The translations under genes and the position numbers were made by a program. DNA of 64,000 nucleotides from Pseudomonadota bacterium (GTDB lineage Bacteria; Pseudomonadota; Gammaproteobacteria; Ga0077536). Positions 60,996-64,000 of this stretch are shown here, one piece after another. A model generated the notes under the pieces. The model did not search any database. It was not told the origin of the DNA and was given only the letters and a program-made list of their open reading frames with translations. The stretch spans positions 3,837 through 67,836 of the forward strand of contig JAYYFI010000014.1 in assembly GCA_036158955.1 (NCBI GenBank). The letters run 5' to 3'. Numbering within the stretch: the stretch's first letter is position 1; the number at the start of each line of letters is the position of its first letter.

Positions 60996-63900
60996 AATAT
61001 TGCATTGCCTCATGTAATTCTTGAAGACTCAAAATAGTTTCGAAGTCTGGTTTCTTAAGGGCCATGATTGCCGCAGTGGCTCCTGCAACGGTCGTAGTGT
61101 ACGGAACCTTCTTGGCCAAGGCATTAGCCCTAATAGAATAGGAGTCCGCAATTGAGCTTTTACCTTCTGTTGTATTTATAATAAGGTCAATCTCTCCGTT
61201 TTTTATCGCGTCGACAATATGAGGTTGACCTTGCATTACTTTATTTATCTCAACACAAGCAATACCAGAGTTAATAAGTGCTTGAGCTGTCCCTTTCGTA
61301 GCGATAATCTCAAATTTTGCAAAATCTACAGAGCCAAGGAGTTTTACTAAAGCGTCTTTATCTGTATCTTTTACACTAACAAAAATTTTTCCAGAAACTG
61401 GCAATGTCATTCCAGCACCTTTCTGAGCTTTATCAAAAGCTTCGCCAAATGTCTTACCTATTCCCATTACCTCACCAGTTGATTTCATCTCAGGACCTAA
61501 CAAAGGATCTACACCCGGAAATTTTTCGAAAGGGAAAACAGCTTCTTTGACGCAAGAAAAACTGTGGCTTTTAACGACTTTTATATTTTGGCTCTTTAAT
61601 GAGATTCCCATCATACATTTTGCGGCTACATAGGGTAACGAAAAACCAATTGCTTTCGATACAAAAGGTGCGGTTCGTGATGCTCTAGGGTTTACTTCTA
61701 AAACATAAATTTTCTCATCTTTAACTGCAAATTGTACGTTGATTAAACCTATGACTTTTAAATGAAGGGCCATCAATTTCACCTGTCTTTCCAGTTCATT
61801 TTGAATTGATTTACTCAAAGTATGCGGAGGCAATGCACAAGCGGAGTCGCCGGAATGAATTCCGGCTTGCTCAATATGCTCCATTACACCACCGATATAA
61901 ACATCTTTTCCATCACTGATTGCGTCAACATCAACTTCCGTCGCGTCCTCTAAAAAACTATCCAGTAAAATTGGGTGGTCGTTCGACAAAAACGATACCT
62001 CTGAAAAATATTGCTCAAGCTCTGCCTCGTTATAGACGATTTTCATAGCGCTACCTCCCAACACATAGGAAGGTCGGACCACTAATGGGAATCCTATTTC
62101 TTGGGCTGCTTTTATGGCGTTTTCTTTTTTTAATATTGTTTTATTCTTAGGCTGCACTAACCCCAATTGAGTAAGAAACTGTAGAAACTTTTCACGGTCC
62201 TCGGCCAGATCAATAGATTTAGAAGAAGTGCCCAAAATAGGTACGCCTAACATGTCCAATTCAGAAGCTAACTTCAATGGTGTCTGGCCTCCAAATTGCA
62301 GAATTACACCTTTAGGTTTTTCAATCCTGACAACTTCTAAGACATCTTCTAAGGTAAGCGATTCAAAATAAAGTCGATCTGATATATCAAAGTCGGTAGA
62401 AACCGTTTCTGGATTACAATTAATCATTAAAGATTCAAAGCCTAGATCTCTAGCCGCTAAAGATGCTTGTACACAACAATAATCGAATTCAATGCCTTGC
62501 CCAATTCTATTAGGTCCGCCCCCTAAAACTATTATTTTTTCGCGGCTAGTAGGCTTGGACTCACACTCTTCATCGTATGACGAGTACATATAAGCTGTCC
62601 GAGTGGAAAACTCAGCTGCACATGAATCAACTCGTTTATAAATGGGCCTTATGTTTAGGTCTTCCCTAATAGCTCTTACTTTCATTTCACTTATCTCAAG
62701 AAGATTTCCAATCATCGCGTCAGAGAAGCCATTTCTTTTAAACTTGTAAAGCAATTCTCTAGTGATTTCCCCCTTAACATATGCGTTCTTAATTTCTATT
62801 TCATCATTCACTAATTCGTAAATTTGTGAAATGAACCATGGGTCGATTTTAGATGCCTCGTGGACATCCTCTGGGGTTAAGCCATTACGAAATGCTTCTG
62901 CTAAATACCAAAGTCTATTAGCACCAGGTATAGATAGCTCTCTTTTTATTTTGTTTTCCTTTTCTCCAGAATCCCCTGAAAAATTTATTTTATCTAAACC
63001 CACTCTCCCTATCTCCAAACCTCTTAGAGCTTTTTGGAAAGATTCTTTAAAGTTCCTTCCAAAAGCCATGACTTCACCTACTGACTTCATTTGTGTTGTC
63101 AATCTATCCTCGGCTTGCGGGAATTTTTCAAAGGTAAATCTGGGTATTTTCGTTACGATATAGTCAATTGAAGGCTCAAAAGAGGCTGGGGTCTGATTGT
63201 TAGTTATTTCGTTGCCCAACTCATCCAGAGTGAAACCAACTGCCAATTTTGCCGCTACTTTGGCGATCGGGAAACCTGTTGCTTTAGAGGCCAATGCTGA
63301 GGATCGAGAAACTCTTGGGTTCATTTCTATAACAACCATTCTACCATCAGCGGGATTAATAGCGAATTGAACATTCGATCCCCCTGTTTCAACTCCAATT
63401 TTTCGAAGAACCGCGAGGGACGCATCTCTCATACATTGATACTCCTTATCCGTTAGCGTTTGCGCCGGAGCAATCGTGACAGAATCACCCGTATGAACTC
63501 CCATTGGATCTAGGTTCTCGATAGAACATATAATAATGCAATTATCTTTTTTATCCCTTACAACTTCCATTTCAAACTCTTTCCAACCCAAAAGAGATTC
63601 CTCAAGAAGTATCTCACCGGTTGGAGAAGTATCTAGACCACGGCTACAAATTTCCATAAACTCCTCTTTGTTAAAAGCTATTCCTCCGCCGCTTCCCCCG
63701 AGCGTGAAAGATGGTCTAATAATTATGGGGAACCCAATTCTATTCGCAATATCTGTTGCCTTTTCTAAAGAATGAACTACCGTGGACCGAGCGGAATTGA
63801 GTCCAATTTCCTCCATTGCCTCACGGAAGGCTTGCCTATCCTCCGCTTTATTTATCGCCGTCACTGATGCGCCTATTAGCTCGACATTAAACTTTTTTAA

Positions 63901-64000
63901 AGTTCCGTCTTTATGTAATTCCAGTGCACAGTTTAATGCTGTCTGTCCACCCATCGTTGAAAGCAATGCATCTGGCTTTTCTTTTTCAATGATTAACGCG
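60988..64000 (-). CDS. carB: carbamoyl-phosphate synthase large subunit (5' end beyond window edge)
   Basis: Two ATP-grasp halves and a C-terminal MGS-like domain. The frame stays open to position 64000 ([23 protein letters not shown]), so the track M at 63966 is an internal TTG. Roughly 70 N-terminal residues are missing. Confidence 0.95.
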   Translation of the reverse strand, partial: ALIIEKEKPDALLSTMGGQTALNCALELHKDGTLKKFNVELIGASVTAINKAEDRQAFREAMEEIGLNSARSTVVHSLEKATDIANRIGFPIIIRPSFTLGGSGGGIAFNKEEFMEICSRGLDTSPTGEILLEESLLGWKEFEMEVVRDKKDNCIIICSIENLDPMGVHTGDSVTIAPAQTLTDKEYQCMRDASLAVLRKIGVETGGSNVQFAINPADGRMVVIEMNPRVSRSSALASKATGFPIAKVAAKLAVGFTLDELGNEITNNQTPASFEPSIDYIVTKIPRFTFEKFPQAEDRLTTQMKSVGEVMAFGRNFKESFQKALRGLEIGRVGLDKINFSGDSGEKENKIKRELSIPGANRLWYLAEAFRNGLTPEDVHEASKIDPWFISQIYELVNDEIEIKNAYVKGEITRELLYKFKRNGFSDAMIGNLLEISEMKVRAIREDLNIRPIYKRVDSCAAEFSTRTAYMYSSYDEECESKPTSREKIIVLGGGPNRIGQGIEFDYCCVQASLAARDLGFESLMINCNPETVSTDFDISDRLYFESLTLEDVLEVVRIEKPKGVILQFGGQTPLKLASELDMLGVPILGTSSKSIDLAEDREKFLQFLTQLGLVQPKNKTILKKENAIKAAQEIGFPLVVRPSYVLGGSAMKIVYNEAELEQYFSEVSFLSNDHPILLDSFLEDATEVDVDAISDGKDVYIGGVMEHIEQAGIHSGDSACALPPHTLSKSIQNELERQVKLMALHLKVIGLINVQFAVKDEKIYVLEVNPRASRTAPFVSKAIGFSLPYVAAKCMMGISLKSQNIKVVKSHSFSCVKEAVFPFEKFPGVDPLLGPEMKSTGEVMGIGKTFGEAFDKAQKGAGMTLPVSGKIFVSVKDTDKDALVKLLGSVDFAKFEIIATKGTAQALINSGIACVEINKVMQGQPHIVDAIKNGEIDLIINTTEGKSSIADSYSIRANALAKKVPYTTTVAGATAAIMALKKPDFETILSLQELHEAMQYYE

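Noticed and set aside
1-64000. Search for CRISPR arrays, IS elements/transposases, integrases, prophage genes, toxin-antitoxin pairs or defence systems
   Set aside because: I saw no repeat-spacer periodicity. No ORF has transposase, integrase or nuclease-island character. Every long ORF that is not antisense to a conserved gene has a housekeeping assignment or a simple envelope-protein architecture. No tRNA-like or rRNA-like sequence fits in the short intergenic gaps.

Overview
This is a visibly AT-rich, very gene-dense chromosomal segment with gammaproteobacterial-type core synteny. I infer a streamlined lineage with Pseudomonas/Vibrio-like gene order, but the taxon cannot be proven from sequence alone. 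I call 59 protein-coding genes. By my tally from the coordinates, only about 1.5 kb of the 64 kb lies outside CDSs. The largest gap is 216 bp (10409-10624), and many neighbouring genes overlap by 4, 8, 11 or 14 nt. Content is almost entirely housekeeping: glyA-nrdR-ribD-ribE-ribB-ribH-nusB-thiL; mfd; pyrF-lapA-ihfB-rpsA-cmk-aroA-tyrA-pheA-gyrA-mtnA; purB-purL; ispF-ispD-ftsB-eno-kdsA-pyrG; purF-cvpA-SPOR-folC-accD-trpA-trpB-trpF-truA-fimV-like-asd-leuB; dapC-dapD; glmM-ftsH-rlmE-greA-carB (carB runs off the right edge). I found no rRNA, tRNA, CRISPR array, transposase, integrase, phage gene or recognisable defence gene, so I see no convincing evidence for a novel multi-gene system here. The most unusual items are: (i) a translationally coupled trio of C-C bond enzymes (HpcH-type aldolase, RraA-like protein, ALS-like ThDP enzyme) joined to the thiL end of the rib operon; (ii) a coupled DUF815 ATPase-hpt-mtnP operon plus a divergent mtnA/mtaD pair, which together suggest the methylthioinosine branch of MTA salvage; (iii) precise absences of lapB, folP, serC and hisC from otherwise conserved blocks; (iv) convergent genes with 0, 1 or negative spacing; (v) a few intergenic palindromes and hairpins, including an orphan terminator-like hairpin with an embedded 13-codon mini-ORF at the left edge. 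All functional calls rest on motifs I could read in the translated ORFs and on remembered family knowledge. None has been verified by a database search.
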